From: an uncultured Gemmatimonadales bacterium | Lineage (GTDB): Bacteria; Gemmatimonadota; Gemmatimonadetes; Gemmatimonadales; GWC2-71-9 | NCBI GenBank assembly: GCA_963695555.1 | Contig: CAVOGR010000001.1 | Coordinates: 896,001-960,000 of the forward strand | DNA: 64,000 nucleotides | Reading direction: 5' to 3' | Shown here: piece after piece, positions 1 through 9,768 of the stretch | Position numbering within the stretch: the first letter of the stretch is position 1 | How the letters are laid out: each line of letters begins with the position of its first letter | Translations under genes and position numbers: made by a program | The notes under the pieces: generated by a model | Databases searched by the model: none | What the model was told of the DNA's origin: nothing | The model's input: the letters and a program-made list of their open reading frames with translations, nothing else

Positions 1-2
1 TG

Positions 3-719
3 ATCGCGACCGAGACCCTGGGTGCCGACCGCTTTCTGGCCGTGATTGGCCGGAGCGCCTCCTATCCCGAGGTCCAATGGCGGACGGCGCGGGCCATCGC
101 GGAGCGTTATACCATTCCCCTCCGTGAAATCGACACGGCGGAGCTGGCCGACCCGAACTACCGCGCCAACCCGACCGATCGGTGTTACTACTGCAAATCG
201 GAGCTGTGGCAGCGAACGGGGCGGCTGGCCCGCGATCTTGGGTTCGATACCGTCATCGACGGAACCAACGCCGATGACGTAACCGAACATCGACCAGGCA
301 TGCGGGCCGCGCGCGAGTTCAATGTCATCTCTCCCTTGGCGGAGCTCGGCTGGACCAAGGACATGGTTCGGGCCGCGGCGCGCGCACGGGACATCCCAAT
401 CTGGGATGCGCCCGCGGCCCCGTGCCTCTCGAGTCGGGTGCAGTACGGCTTGGCCATCACGCCCGGCCGGTTGATGCAGGTGGAGCAGGCCGAGGCGCTG
501 GTGCGGTCGCATGGCATCACCGGCGACCTCAGAGTGCGGCATCTGGGTGATCGCGCCCGAGTCGAGGTGAGTTCCGACGCCATCCCGCGCGTCCGGTCGC
601 TCTGGGCAGACATTGCTCCGGCGCTTCGAGCGCTTGGATTTCCCGAGGTGGAACTCGATCCCACGGGCTATCGCCGCGGCAAGATGCTCGACGCCGGCGC
701 CGCACCAGCCGGGACGTGA
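3..719 (+). CDS. larE: LarE-family ATP-dependent sulfur transferase (5' truncated by window edge)
   Basis: Frame is open from the window start; motifs N..DRCYYCK, DGTNADD..HRPG, SPLAELG, PCLSSRV.YG, LRVRH, GYRRG are typical of LarE. Confidence 0.85.
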   Translation: MATETLGADRFLAVIGRSASYPEVQWRTARAIAERYTIPLREIDTAELADPNYRANPTDRCYYCKSELWQRTGRLARDLGFDTVIDGTNADDVTEHRPGMRAAREFNVISPLAELGWTKDMVRAAARARDIPIWDAPAAPCLSSRVQYGLAITPGRLMQVEQAEALVRSHGITGDLRVRHLGDRARVEVSSDAIPRVRSLWADIAPALRALGFPEVELDPTGYRRGKMLDAGAAPAGT

Positions 720-1285
720 TGCGACTCTTCGCGGCCATTCCCATGCCAGCGCCCGCCCGCCGCGCGCTGCTCGGTGTGTTGGCCACGCTCGAGGGAACTC
801 GCTGGCCGGTTCGATGGGTGGGCGAGGGGAACCTCCATCTGACTATCAAGTTCTACGGCGAAGTTCCCGAGCCCGCGGTTGCTGAGGTGAGCGCGCGATT
901 GACCGACGCAGTTCGCGGAACGCCCGTGCTGCCGCTCCACCTCGACGGTGTCGACGCGTTTCCCGGCCTTCGCCGCCCCAAGATCATCTGGGCCGCGGTC
1001 GACGGCCCCCCAGCCCTCGAGCTGATGCAGCACCGGGTGGAGCGTGAGGCGGCAGCGGTTGGCTACCCACCCGACGGCAAGCTGTTCAGGCCCCATATCA
1101 CGTTGGGCCGGGTCAAGTCCGGTGCCGCGTTACCTCACACGGCGCCGGAGCTGCTGGACCGGATAGGATTGGATGTGGCGTTCGAAGCCGTCCAGGTCGT
1201 CTTGTTCGAGAGCCGCCTGACACGGGCCGGGGCGGAGCACACCGCGAAACTGACGCTCGACTTGGCCGGAGGGAGAGCGGCATGA
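716..1285 (+). CDS. thpR: RNA 2',3'-cyclic phosphodiesterase (2H family)
   Basis: MRLFAAI start; two HxT motifs (HLTIKF, FRPHITLGR). Confidence 0.9.
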   Translation: MMRLFAAIPMPAPARRALLGVLATLEGTRWPVRWVGEGNLHLTIKFYGEVPEPAVAEVSARLTDAVRGTPVLPLHLDGVDAFPGLRRPKIIWAAVDGPPALELMQHRVEREAAAVGYPPDGKLFRPHITLGRVKSGAALPHTAPELLDRIGLDVAFEAVQVVLFESRLTRAGAEHTAKLTLDLAGGRAA

Positions 1286-1911
1286 AGGGAATCATCAAGG
1301 CGCTGGCCTTCCTGCTCGTCGTGCTGGCCGTCATCGCAGGCTGGCTCTATCGTGATCTCATCGGAGACGCGATACGACGCGCGCTCGATCCCGAACCGGT
1401 GAGCGCGGTGGGGCGTCCGGATTCGGCCTCCAGCGTCTCCGCCCTCAGAAAAGTGCGCTCGCTGGCGAGCCGGAGTGTCGATTCGGTCGTGCTCACGCCA
1501 TCGGAGACCGCGTCACTGCTCAGCGGCATGCTCGCACCCCTCGTGGGTGAGAACTTCGACTCGTTGGCCGTGGAGCTACTCGACGGGGGTATCGGGGTGA
1601 GCGGGCGGGTGCGAACCACCGGCATTCCCCGCGACATGCTGGGACCTCTGGGCTCCGTGATGCGACCATGGGAGGAACTGGCCCTTGAGGGGCCCGTTCG
1701 CTCGCTGGGCAATGGCCGGGCCGAGTGGCGGGTGGAGCGACTGTCTCTGCGCGGGTTCCCGTTCCCTCCGAACATGGTGGCCGCGATCGTGTCGCGATTG
1801 GTCGAAGGTTCGTCCGACGGGGCGCTGCCGCTGATCATTCCGGATGGCGTCGTCGATGTGACGATTCGCCCGTCGGGCCTTACGCTCCACCGGAGGGTAG
1901 ACGCGTCATGA
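1282..1911 (+). CDS. Hypothetical protein with N-terminal membrane anchor
   Basis: ATGA overlaps with both neighbours; hydrophobic N-terminus. Confidence 0.7.
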   Translation: MKGIIKALAFLLVVLAVIAGWLYRDLIGDAIRRALDPEPVSAVGRPDSASSVSALRKVRSLASRSVDSVVLTPSETASLLSGMLAPLVGENFDSLAVELLDGGIGVSGRVRTTGIPRDMLGPLGSVMRPWEELALEGPVRSLGNGRAEWRVERLSLRGFPFPPNMVAAIVSRLVEGSSDGALPLIIPDGVVDVTIRPSGLTLHRRVDAS

Positions 1912-3284
1912 AGCACCGCGTGTTGATCGTCGATGACGAGCCCGGGATTCGCGACGCGTTGTCCCAAGTGCTGGAGTACGAGGGGCTCGACGTTCGCACG
2001 GCTGCGTCTGGCGGAGAGGGCATCACGGTCTACGAGGAGTTCAAGCCGCACCTGGTCTTCCTCGATGTCAAGATGGCCGGCCTCGATGGCCTGGAGACGC
2101 TGTCGCGCCTCAAGGCGCTGGATCACCCGGCCGAGATCGTCATGATCTCCGGTCATGGCACCATTCAGACCGCCGTGGAAGCGACGCAGCGCGGCGCATT
2201 CGATTTCCTGGAGAAGCCGCTGGATACCGACCGCACGCTGGTCACGCTGCGAAATGCGCTCTCCCACCACGACTTGGCGAAGGAAAACGTGCGGCTCCGG
2301 GAAGAGGTGCATTCCCACTACGCCATGGTGGGCGGGAGCAGGGCTCTGGGCCACGTCCACGATCTGATCGCTAAGGTGGGCCCGACTGCGGCCCGCGTGC
2401 TGATCACCGGCGAAAACGGAACTGGGAAGGAACTCGTCGCCCGAGCACTGCACGACGCCTCTCCCCGCAAGGGCAAACCCTTCGTGGAAGTCAACTGCGC
2501 CGCGATCCCGGCGGAACTCATCGAGAGCGAGCTGTTTGGCCATGTGAAGGGCTCATTCACCGGCGCTATTGCCGATCGGGCCGGCAAATTCGAACAGGCC
2601 AACGGCGGGACACTCTTTCTCGACGAGGTCGGCGACATGTCCCTCCCGGCACAGGCAAAGGTGTTGCGGGTGCTCCAGGAGGGATTGGTCACACGAATCG
2701 GCGGCTCGGAGTCCGTTTCGGTCGACGTCCGGGTCATCGCCGCGACCAACAAGGACCTCACTGCCGAGATCGCCGAAGGCCGTTTTCGAGAAGACCTCTT
2801 GTACCGGTTGAACGTGGTGGAAATCGAGGTCCCGCCGCTCAGGCAGCGGCTGGAGGATATCGACGCCTTGGTCGCCCACTTCGTGAGTCAGCTCAGCGCA
2901 AGCGCGGGCGTGCCCAAGAAAGAACTCGACGATGATGCCCTCGCCGTGCTCAAGCGCCGCTCCTGGCCAGGCAACATTCGCGAACTCAGAAACGCGGTCG
3001 AGCGGGCGCTCATTCTGGCACCGGGAAAGACGGTCACCGCGGCCGATATCGACCGTTTTCTTCCCGCGCCGTCGGGAGGGCGCGGCTCCGGTGCGCTGGG
3101 TGATCTGGTACACGGGGCGCGGTCGTTTGATGAATTCAAGCAGGATTCCGAGCACGCGTTTTTGGAAGCGAAGCTCAAGGAGCATGGCTGGAACGTGTCC
3201 GAGACGGCCCGAGCCCTCGACATGCCCCGCTCCAATCTCTACAAGAAGATCGAGCGCTTCGGCCTCACGCGGGGGCAGCCGTGA
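1908..3284 (+). CDS. Sigma54-dependent response regulator (NtrC/NtrX family)
   Basis: REC domain (LIVDDE, LDVKM), AAA+ domain (GENGTGKE, GSFTGA, LFLDEVG, WPGNIREL), Fis HTH; ATG at 1908 after GGAGG. Confidence 0.93.
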   Translation: MKHRVLIVDDEPGIRDALSQVLEYEGLDVRTAASGGEGITVYEEFKPHLVFLDVKMAGLDGLETLSRLKALDHPAEIVMISGHGTIQTAVEATQRGAFDFLEKPLDTDRTLVTLRNALSHHDLAKENVRLREEVHSHYAMVGGSRALGHVHDLIAKVGPTAARVLITGENGTGKELVARALHDASPRKGKPFVEVNCAAIPAELIESELFGHVKGSFTGAIADRAGKFEQANGGTLFLDEVGDMSLPAQAKVLRVLQEGLVTRIGGSESVSVDVRVIAATNKDLTAEIAEGRFREDLLYRLNVVEIEVPPLRQRLEDIDALVAHFVSQLSASAGVPKKELDDDALAVLKRRSWPGNIRELRNAVERALILAPGKTVTAADIDRFLPAPSGGRGSGALGDLVHGARSFDEFKQDSEHAFLEAKLKEHGWNVSETARALDMPRSNLYKKIERFGLTRGQP

Positions 3285-3739
3285 GCGACAAATTCGAGGA
3301 GTGGGACAAGAAGCTCGCGGAGGTCGATAGGGCCATCTCGAAGCTGCCAGCCAAGAGCGCGCCGGCGGGCCCAGCGGCCGCTGCCAAGCAGCAGGGGTCG
3401 GCCCCTGCCGCCCAGCGCTCTGCGGCCCCGCCCGCCCGCGCGGCCGGCGGTTCCCTGAGCGTATGGACTCGCGTCGGTCTCACGGCCATCCTTGCGGTGG
3501 CCTTGACCCAGTGGCCCTTCGCCATGGTGTGTGGCGTGGGATTGTACGGCTACCTCGCCGCGGTCGGGGTCGTGGTCGGGTCGAGCCTCTGGGGTGCGGT
3601 CTCGACGTGGCGCCGGAGGTTGCCGAAGGCGCACATCTTGGCGTTGCTCTCGCTCCTCGCGGGGCTGACGCTTCTAGCGCTGGAGGTCCTTCCCCGGATC
3701 GGGTATGCCAGGCATGTTCAGGCGTGGACCTGCGGCTAG
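3281..3739 (+). CDS. Hypothetical membrane protein (about 3 TM)
   Basis: GTGA overlap with upstream gene; three hydrophobic segments. Confidence 0.7.
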   Translation: MSDKFEEWDKKLAEVDRAISKLPAKSAPAGPAAAAKQQGSAPAAQRSAAPPARAAGGSLSVWTRVGLTAILAVALTQWPFAMVCGVGLYGYLAAVGVVVGSSLWGAVSTWRRRLPKAHILALLSLLAGLTLLALEVLPRIGYARHVQAWTCG

Positions 3740-3957
3740 CCTACTCGACTGACCGTCAATGAGGACAGCGCAAATTCTCGCACGAGGTGGCATTTCGAAC
3801 ACATGACGGTGATGGGTCGTCCACCGAAGGACGGCCGCACGGTCGGTGCCGTTGCATTGCGGGTGTCGAGTGAATAAGGTTCCACATCACTCAGGACAAC
3901 AGGGACATCGATGACCTCACGCGCCGCGCCGCTCGCTCAGGATCTCCGTTCGTAATT

Positions 3958-4827
3958 ATGCGTCCCATCCAAGTCGGGTCCGGCAAGCGGCGCGCGTCCT
4001 TCGATGAGGGATCGCTCGACCAGTATCTCCGCGATATCAGCCGGTACCCGCTCATCAAACAAGAAGACGAAGTCCGGCTGGCGCAGCAGATCCGCACCGG
4101 GGATCAGGAAGCGCTCGACACGCTCGTGCGAAGTAACCTCCGGTTTGTCGTGTCGGTCGCCAAGAAATACCAGAACCAGGGTGTGTCCCTGGCGGACCTG
4201 ATCAACGAGGGCAACCTCGGGCTGATCCGCGCGGCGCGCAAGTTCGACGAGACCAAAGGCATCAAGTTCATCTCCTACGCAGTGTGGTGGATCCGCCAGG
4301 CCATTCTTCAAGCCCTCGCCGAGCAGAGCCGCATCGTCAGGGTTCCCCTGAACCGGGCCGGGACTCTCCATCGTATCGGCAAGCGCACTTCGGCCCTGCT
4401 GCAGGAGCTGGGCAGAGAGCCCACGCCCAAGGAGATCGCCGAAGGAATGGACATCTCCATGGAGGAGGTCCAGAAGACGCTCTCGATCTCTCAGAACCAC
4501 CTCTCGCTTGATGCGCCGCTGACACCGGGAGAAGACAACCGGCTGCTCGATTATCTGCCCGACACCCAGAACCCCGGTCCGGACTCGGAAACGTTCGAGC
4601 ATGCCCTGACCAATTCGATTCAAGAAGTGCTGGGTACGCTCAAGGACCGGGAGGCCAAGATTCTACGGCTCTACTTCGGGCTCGACGGCGAAGAGCCGAT
4701 GACGCTCGAGGAAATCGGGAGCCTTCTCGGCATTACCCGTGAGCGGGTGCGCCAGATCAAAGAAAAGGCACTGAGCCGCCTTCGCCACGTCAGCCGATCC
4801 CGCGCGCTCGAGAGTTTCTTGTTCTAG
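3958..4827 (+). CDS. RNA polymerase sigma factor, RpoD/SigA family, lacking region 1.1
   Basis: NLRFVVSVAKKY, DLINEGNLGL, KFISYAVWWIRQAI, TLEEIG...TRERVRQI. Confidence 0.93.
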   Translation: MRPIQVGSGKRRASFDEGSLDQYLRDISRYPLIKQEDEVRLAQQIRTGDQEALDTLVRSNLRFVVSVAKKYQNQGVSLADLINEGNLGLIRAARKFDETKGIKFISYAVWWIRQAILQALAEQSRIVRVPLNRAGTLHRIGKRTSALLQELGREPTPKEIAEGMDISMEEVQKTLSISQNHLSLDAPLTPGEDNRLLDYLPDTQNPGPDSETFEHALTNSIQEVLGTLKDREAKILRLYFGLDGEEPMTLEEIGSLLGITRERVRQIKEKALSRLRHVSRSRALESFLF

Positions 4828-4933
4828 TCCCGGTCGGCTTGCCGTCCAACCCCACGCCTCATTACTGTGCCTAGCAGCCCGGCTCGCACCCACTGGTGAG
4901 CTGGGAATTACTCCTTCGGCATCGCTACCCATC

Positions 4934-5440
4934 ATGGCTGCCAAGTCCTCCTTCGATGTTTCGACCGGCGCGGACCTCCAGGAGGTCGACAACGCCGTCA
5001 ACCAGGCTCGGAAGGAAATCCAGCAACGGTTTGACTTCCGCGGCACATCCTGCACCCTCGACTTCGATCGAGCAAAGGCGGAAGTCCAACTGGCCGCGGA
5101 CGACGAGTTCCGGATGCGCGCGCTGGTGGATGTGCTGCTGGCCAAGCTGGTCAAACGTGGCGTGCCCACCAAGAACTTGACCGTTGGCGCCTTCCAGCCC
5201 GCCACGGGGCAGTCGGTCCGGGCGACCGTGACCCTCACCCAAGGCATCCCGACCGAGACCGCCAAGCTGATCGTCAAGGCGATTCGGGACAACCCGGCGT
5301 TCAAGAAGGCACAGGCCAGCATTCAAGGCGACGAAGTGCGGGTGACCAGCCCATCACGAGACGAACTCCAGAGCGTCATCGCGTTCTTGAAGGCCGGCGA
5401 TTACGGTGTCGAACTGAGCTTCGGGAATTTCCGCAGTTGA
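4934..5440 (+). CDS. yajQ: YajQ family nucleotide/c-di-GMP-binding protein
   Basis: SFDV...DLQEVDNAVNQA..EI..RFDF; QASIQGDEVRVT; F.NFR C-terminus. Confidence 0.9.
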   Translation: MAAKSSFDVSTGADLQEVDNAVNQARKEIQQRFDFRGTSCTLDFDRAKAEVQLAADDEFRMRALVDVLLAKLVKRGVPTKNLTVGAFQPATGQSVRATVTLTQGIPTETAKLIVKAIRDNPAFKKAQASIQGDEVRVTSPSRDELQSVIAFLKAGDYGVELSFGNFRS

Positions 5441-6816
5441 GGCCAAGACGGTGGAGGCCTGCCGCCGTATTCTCGGCGCTGGCGCTGCTCGCCGCGGTGG
5501 GGTGCACCCGCCATGCCCCGTCCGCCGAGCCCCAGCCCGAAGAGGTGGTGCCGCTCCGAGGCCGCCCGGCCCGGGCCGACACCGCCCCGGCTCCGCCTGC
5601 AGGGCCCGATCGCGCCCAACCCAGCGACGCCCCCAATCCGCCCGACACCGTGGTCAGCCTCCGCGACCTGAGGGTCGGGCTCCTGGTCGGCGTCGACCGG
5701 GTCGAGGTTGGGGGTGGCGACGCGCTGGTGGTGCTCGATGCGGACGGTGGATTCCTCGAGGCCGTCCCGGACGGGTGGACCATGCGGCTCCGGCGCGAGC
5801 ATGGCGGTGTCGCCCTGTTCGACGGCAACGGGCAACGGGTGCTGGAGCCGCGGCGGACCCTGGTACTCGCGCCTCGAACGCCTGGGCAGTTCGTCAGGCT
5901 CGACGGGAAGGAATACCGCGGCGAGCTTTGGGCATTCGCCGGCACGAGCGGGCTGACAGTGGTCAACCGCGTCGGGGTCGAATCGTACCTGGCCGGAGTG
6001 CTTTCCGCCGAGATGGGACGACGCGAGCCACGCGACCTACCCGCGCTCTTGGCCCAGGCCGTGGTGTCACGGACCTTCGCGGTGCGTAATCTGGGCAAGC
6101 GGGCGGCCGATGGGTTCGACCTGTTGCCGACGGTTGCAGATCAGATCTATGGCGGTGTGGCGAGCGAAACCGCCCAGGCCTGGGAGGCCGTCCGGCAAAC
6201 CCGCCACTTGGTCTTGACCTACCGTGGGCAAGTCATCGATCCCTTCTTTTCTTCGACGTGCGGCGGGACGACCGCAGCGGGGGTCGAGGTCTTTCGGGCG
6301 GCGGAACGACCGTACCTGCAGGCGCTGCCCGACGTGTCCCCCACGGGCGAAGCGTATTGCAGCCTGTCGCCCCGCTTTCGATGGCGGCAGCAATGGACCG
6401 GCGCGCAATTGGCCCGCATCGTCCGCCAGTCCCTTCCGGCTGTGGCCCAAGTGAGCGAGCGCGAGATCCACACCGTGCGCGACGTGGCCGTGACCGAGCA
6501 TACGCCGTCGGGACGGGTGGCCGCGATCGCGATCCGGCTCTCCGGGCGGACTGGCCCCGGGATCGAGGTTCGCGGACCCGACATTCGCCGCGTCCTCCGT
6601 CCCGCACCCGACCAGCTGTTGTTGAGCACGAAGTTCTCTCTCACTGCCGATCGCGGGACGGGATCGGTGGATCGATTGGTGGCTGACGGGGCGGGCGCGG
6701 GCCACGGTGTCGGCTTCTGCCAGTGGGGGGCCGTTGGACGTGCTCGGGCCGGCCAAGACTACGCCAAGATCCTGGCCGCATATTTTCCATCTACCGTGTT
6801 GGAGCCTCTCAACTGA
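5437..6816 (+). CDS. SpoIID/LytB-domain lytic transglycosylase, probable lipoprotein
   Basis: YRGEL, VN.V.VESYLAGV..AEM, AQAVVSRTFA, DQIYGG, STCGG, GHGVGFCQWGA; AVGC lipobox. Confidence 0.88.
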   Translation: MRPRRWRPAAVFSALALLAAVGCTRHAPSAEPQPEEVVPLRGRPARADTAPAPPAGPDRAQPSDAPNPPDTVVSLRDLRVGLLVGVDRVEVGGGDALVVLDADGGFLEAVPDGWTMRLRREHGGVALFDGNGQRVLEPRRTLVLAPRTPGQFVRLDGKEYRGELWAFAGTSGLTVVNRVGVESYLAGVLSAEMGRREPRDLPALLAQAVVSRTFAVRNLGKRAADGFDLLPTVADQIYGGVASETAQAWEAVRQTRHLVLTYRGQVIDPFFSSTCGGTTAAGVEVFRAAERPYLQALPDVSPTGEAYCSLSPRFRWRQQWTGAQLARIVRQSLPAVAQVSEREIHTVRDVAVTEHTPSGRVAAIAIRLSGRTGPGIEVRGPDIRRVLRPAPDQLLLSTKFSLTADRGTGSVDRLVADGAGAGHGVGFCQWGAVGRARAGQDYAKILAAYFPSTVLEPLN

Positions 6817-7472
6817 TGCGTACCGGTCTCCGCTTCTTCATACTGATTTCGATGCTGTGCGCCGTTCCCGCGCGCGGGGCGCTGGCCCAGCAGGCTCTCG
6901 AAGGATTCTCATACGACAACCTCCGCTTCAACGGTGTCCAGGTCGAAGCGGGGGTCATCACGAGCAGCCGGCTCAAAGGAGCGGCCCAGGTCGGGCTTCG
7001 GGTCGACCTGGGGCAGTTTGCGCCGCGGGTCCGGCTCATGGCCGGCGTCTCCTATTTCCGTAGCGACTTTACGGCGCGCGAGATTGGGAAGTTCGAGTCG
7101 GCCCTGGCGGGCGTCGTGAGCGATCCCGAAGGGAACTTCACCATCGATCTCGGCCGGGTACGGTGGGGTGACGTGGCGCTCGATCTGGATTTCCAGTATC
7201 TCCTAGGGACGTGGGGCCGGTGGCAGCCGTACGTCGGTCTGGGTGTCGGTGCGCACTTCCGCAACGGATCCGGCGCGGCCATCGACGGCACCTTCGTGGA
7301 GGATGCGCTCGACAACACCAGCGCCGGCATCAACTTCACGGCCGGGTGGGATGTGGCCATTGCGCGCGGGGTGATCGTCAACATCGGAGGCCGCGGCGTG
7401 CTTGCGAGTGACGCCAGTACCCTGGGGCTTCAGGTCGGCCTCGGGTATCGTCGAACGAGGAGCGGGTCATGA
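6816..7472 (+). CDS. Outer-membrane beta-barrel protein
   Basis: Signal peptide (ALAQ), alternating beta strands, PYVGLGVG, terminal GLGYR; ATG overlaps upstream stop. Confidence 0.7.
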   Translation: MRTGLRFFILISMLCAVPARGALAQQALEGFSYDNLRFNGVQVEAGVITSSRLKGAAQVGLRVDLGQFAPRVRLMAGVSYFRSDFTAREIGKFESALAGVVSDPEGNFTIDLGRVRWGDVALDLDFQYLLGTWGRWQPYVGLGVGAHFRNGSGAAIDGTFVEDALDNTSAGINFTAGWDVAIARGVIVNIGGRGVLASDASTLGLQVGLGYRRTRSGS

Positions 7473-8476
7473 CCGAACGACTGCGGGTCGGGGTGATCGG
7501 TGCGGGCGCCATCGCCCAAGTCGCCCATCTGCCCACGCTCCGCCGAATGAAAGACGTGGAGGTGGCGGTCGTGTGCGATTCGGATCTCCCGAAGGCGCGC
7601 GCCGTGGCCAACCGATTCAAGATCAACGACGCCTTCGACGACATCGATGATGTGCTGCGGTATGAAGAGCTGGATGCGCTGGTCATCAGTACGCCCAACC
7701 ATTTGCATGAGTCCCACGCCATATCGGCCCTGTCGGCGGGGCTCCACGTGCTGGTCGAAAAGCCACTCGCCACCTCCATTAAGGGGGTGAACCGTGTAAT
7801 TCGCCAAGCGAAGAAGAGCGATCGCATCCTGATGGTCGGCACCAATCAGCGATACCGCCCCGATGTGGAGACCGTGCGCGGATTCGTCGAAAGCGGTGAA
7901 CTCGGCAAGGTCGATAGCGTGCGCGGGAGCTGGCACGTATTCAGGCCCAGCCGGCTGCAGCTTGGCTGGCGTATACGCCAGGAACTGGCCGGGGGCGGTG
8001 CCATGCTCGATCTCGGACTTGCCGTGCTCGACATTGGACTCTGGCTTGCGGGCAACCCGGTGCCGACCCGGGTCAGCGCGGTGCTCAACCGCCTGAGCGA
8101 ACGCTCGGTGGAGCATTCCGGTAGCGCCTTCGTGGTATGCGAGAACGGGGCATCGATCTTTCTCGACGTGACCTGGAACCACATCGGAGACGGCGAACGG
8201 TTCGGCGCCGGAGTGCGTGGCAGCAAGGGGACCGCGAGCATCAATCCGTTCGTCGTGTGGAAACAGATGCACGGTGCGCCCGTCAACGTGTCGCCGACGA
8301 CCTCCTGGGGTCGCGAGACACCGTACCAGGCATCATTCCGCGCCGAGTGGGCGCACTTCCTCGCCGCCATCCGTGGCCAGGCCAAGGCCCCGCCGCTGGA
8401 AGACCAAGTCACCTTGCACCAAGTGCTCGACGCGATCTACCAATCCGCCGAAGAGAACCGGGACATCAAGTTGTGA
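7469..8476 (+). CDS. Gfo/Idh/MocA family oxidoreductase
   Basis: GVIGAGAIA, HVLVEKPLA, GGGAMLDLG. Confidence 0.9.
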   Translation: MTERLRVGVIGAGAIAQVAHLPTLRRMKDVEVAVVCDSDLPKARAVANRFKINDAFDDIDDVLRYEELDALVISTPNHLHESHAISALSAGLHVLVEKPLATSIKGVNRVIRQAKKSDRILMVGTNQRYRPDVETVRGFVESGELGKVDSVRGSWHVFRPSRLQLGWRIRQELAGGGAMLDLGLAVLDIGLWLAGNPVPTRVSAVLNRLSERSVEHSGSAFVVCENGASIFLDVTWNHIGDGERFGAGVRGSKGTASINPFVVWKQMHGAPVNVSPTTSWGRETPYQASFRAEWAHFLAAIRGQAKAPPLEDQVTLHQVLDAIYQSAEENRDIKL

Positions 8477-9756
8477 GGCTGCGGAGTATCCGCTGCGCCG
8501 GCCTGGCGGCCGTGGCCCTGGCGGCGCTCGGCTCGTCCGGCCACGCCCAACCGCCCGCCCCGGCGGCCGAGGATGCCGAGGCCGGTGCCGCGCTCACCGT
8601 CTACCTCATGACCATGGGGCCTGGTGCCGCGGTCTGGGAGCGGTTCGGCCACAACGCCATTTGGATCCACGATGCAGCCCAGGGAACCGACGTCGCCTAC
8701 AACTACGGATTGTTCGATTTTCGGCAGGAGCACTTCCTGTTGCACTTCGCCCAGGGCCACTTGCGGTACTGGATGGATGGCATGGACGCCGAACGGTCGG
8801 CCATGTTCTATATGCGGCAGGATCGGTCGTTGTGGGTCCAAGAACTCAATTTGACAGCCGCGCAACGCGCCGAGCTACAACGGTTTCTCGAATGGAACCG
8901 GCAGGAGCAGCACAAGTTCTACGATTACAACTATTACTGGGACAATTGCTCGACCAGAGTGCGCGATGCGCTCGACCGCGTCCTGGGCGGTGCCATCAAG
9001 ATGCAAACCGAAAGCGTCCTCACCTCAAACACCTACCGCAGCCACACCCGGCGGCTCCTCCAGGTGGACATCCCGGCCTACGTCGGCATCATGCTCGGGT
9101 TGGGCCAACGGGTCGACCGTCCCATTGCCGTATGGGAAGCGGGCTTCCTCCCGGTACAGCTCCAGGAATCGCTGAGGAACATTACGGTGAACGAAGGAGG
9201 CGAATCGAGCCCGTTGGTGCTCCGGGAGCGGACCCTGTTCGAGAGCAAGGCCCTGCCTGAGCCAACCGCGCTGCCGCGGTTCTGGCCCGGCTTCGCTCTG
9301 CTTGGCCTGGGGCTGGGCGGCGTCTTGGCCCTGCTCGGCTGGAGGGGAACGAAGGGCAAACTCGCGAGGGGCGGCTTCTTCACTATCGCCATCCTGTGGA
9401 GCGGACTGACGGGGATCGCGGGAATCATGCTGGCTTTCCTCTGGTGGTTTACCGACCACGCCACCTCCGCGGCCAACGAGAATCTGTTCCACGCCAACCC
9501 CGTGAGCCTTCTCCTGGCGGTAGCACTCGTGGCCGGAGCGCTCGGAGCCCGTCGGCCTCGGTCGGCGGTCCGGTGGCTGGCCGTCGGCGTCGCGGGCCTC
9601 TCGCTTGTTGGGGTTGTGCTCAAGGTGCTCCCCGCGATGTACCAGGTGAACGGCGACGTCATCGCACTCCTCCTGCCAGTCCACATGGGCCTCGCGCTTG
9701 GGGCATGGCACGCGCTCGGCGGCGGTTCGGCGCCCCCCGCCGGCAGTGCCGGGTAG
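8473..9756 (+). CDS. DUF4105 / Lnb-type lipoprotein N-acyltransferase-like membrane protein
   Basis: Signal peptide; FGHNAI, YNYGLFDF, Y.YNYYWDNCSTRVRD motifs; about 5 C-terminal TM helices; GTG at 8473 overlaps upstream stop. Confidence 0.78.
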   Translation: MRLRSIRCAGLAAVALAALGSSGHAQPPAPAAEDAEAGAALTVYLMTMGPGAAVWERFGHNAIWIHDAAQGTDVAYNYGLFDFRQEHFLLHFAQGHLRYWMDGMDAERSAMFYMRQDRSLWVQELNLTAAQRAELQRFLEWNRQEQHKFYDYNYYWDNCSTRVRDALDRVLGGAIKMQTESVLTSNTYRSHTRRLLQVDIPAYVGIMLGLGQRVDRPIAVWEAGFLPVQLQESLRNITVNEGGESSPLVLRERTLFESKALPEPTALPRFWPGFALLGLGLGGVLALLGWRGTKGKLARGGFFTIAILWSGLTGIAGIMLAFLWWFTDHATSAANENLFHANPVSLLLAVALVAGALGARRPRSAVRWLAVGVAGLSLVGVVLKVLPAMYQVNGDVIALLLPVHMGLALGAWHALGGGSAPPAGSAG

Positions 9757-9768
9757 GCCACTCCGATC

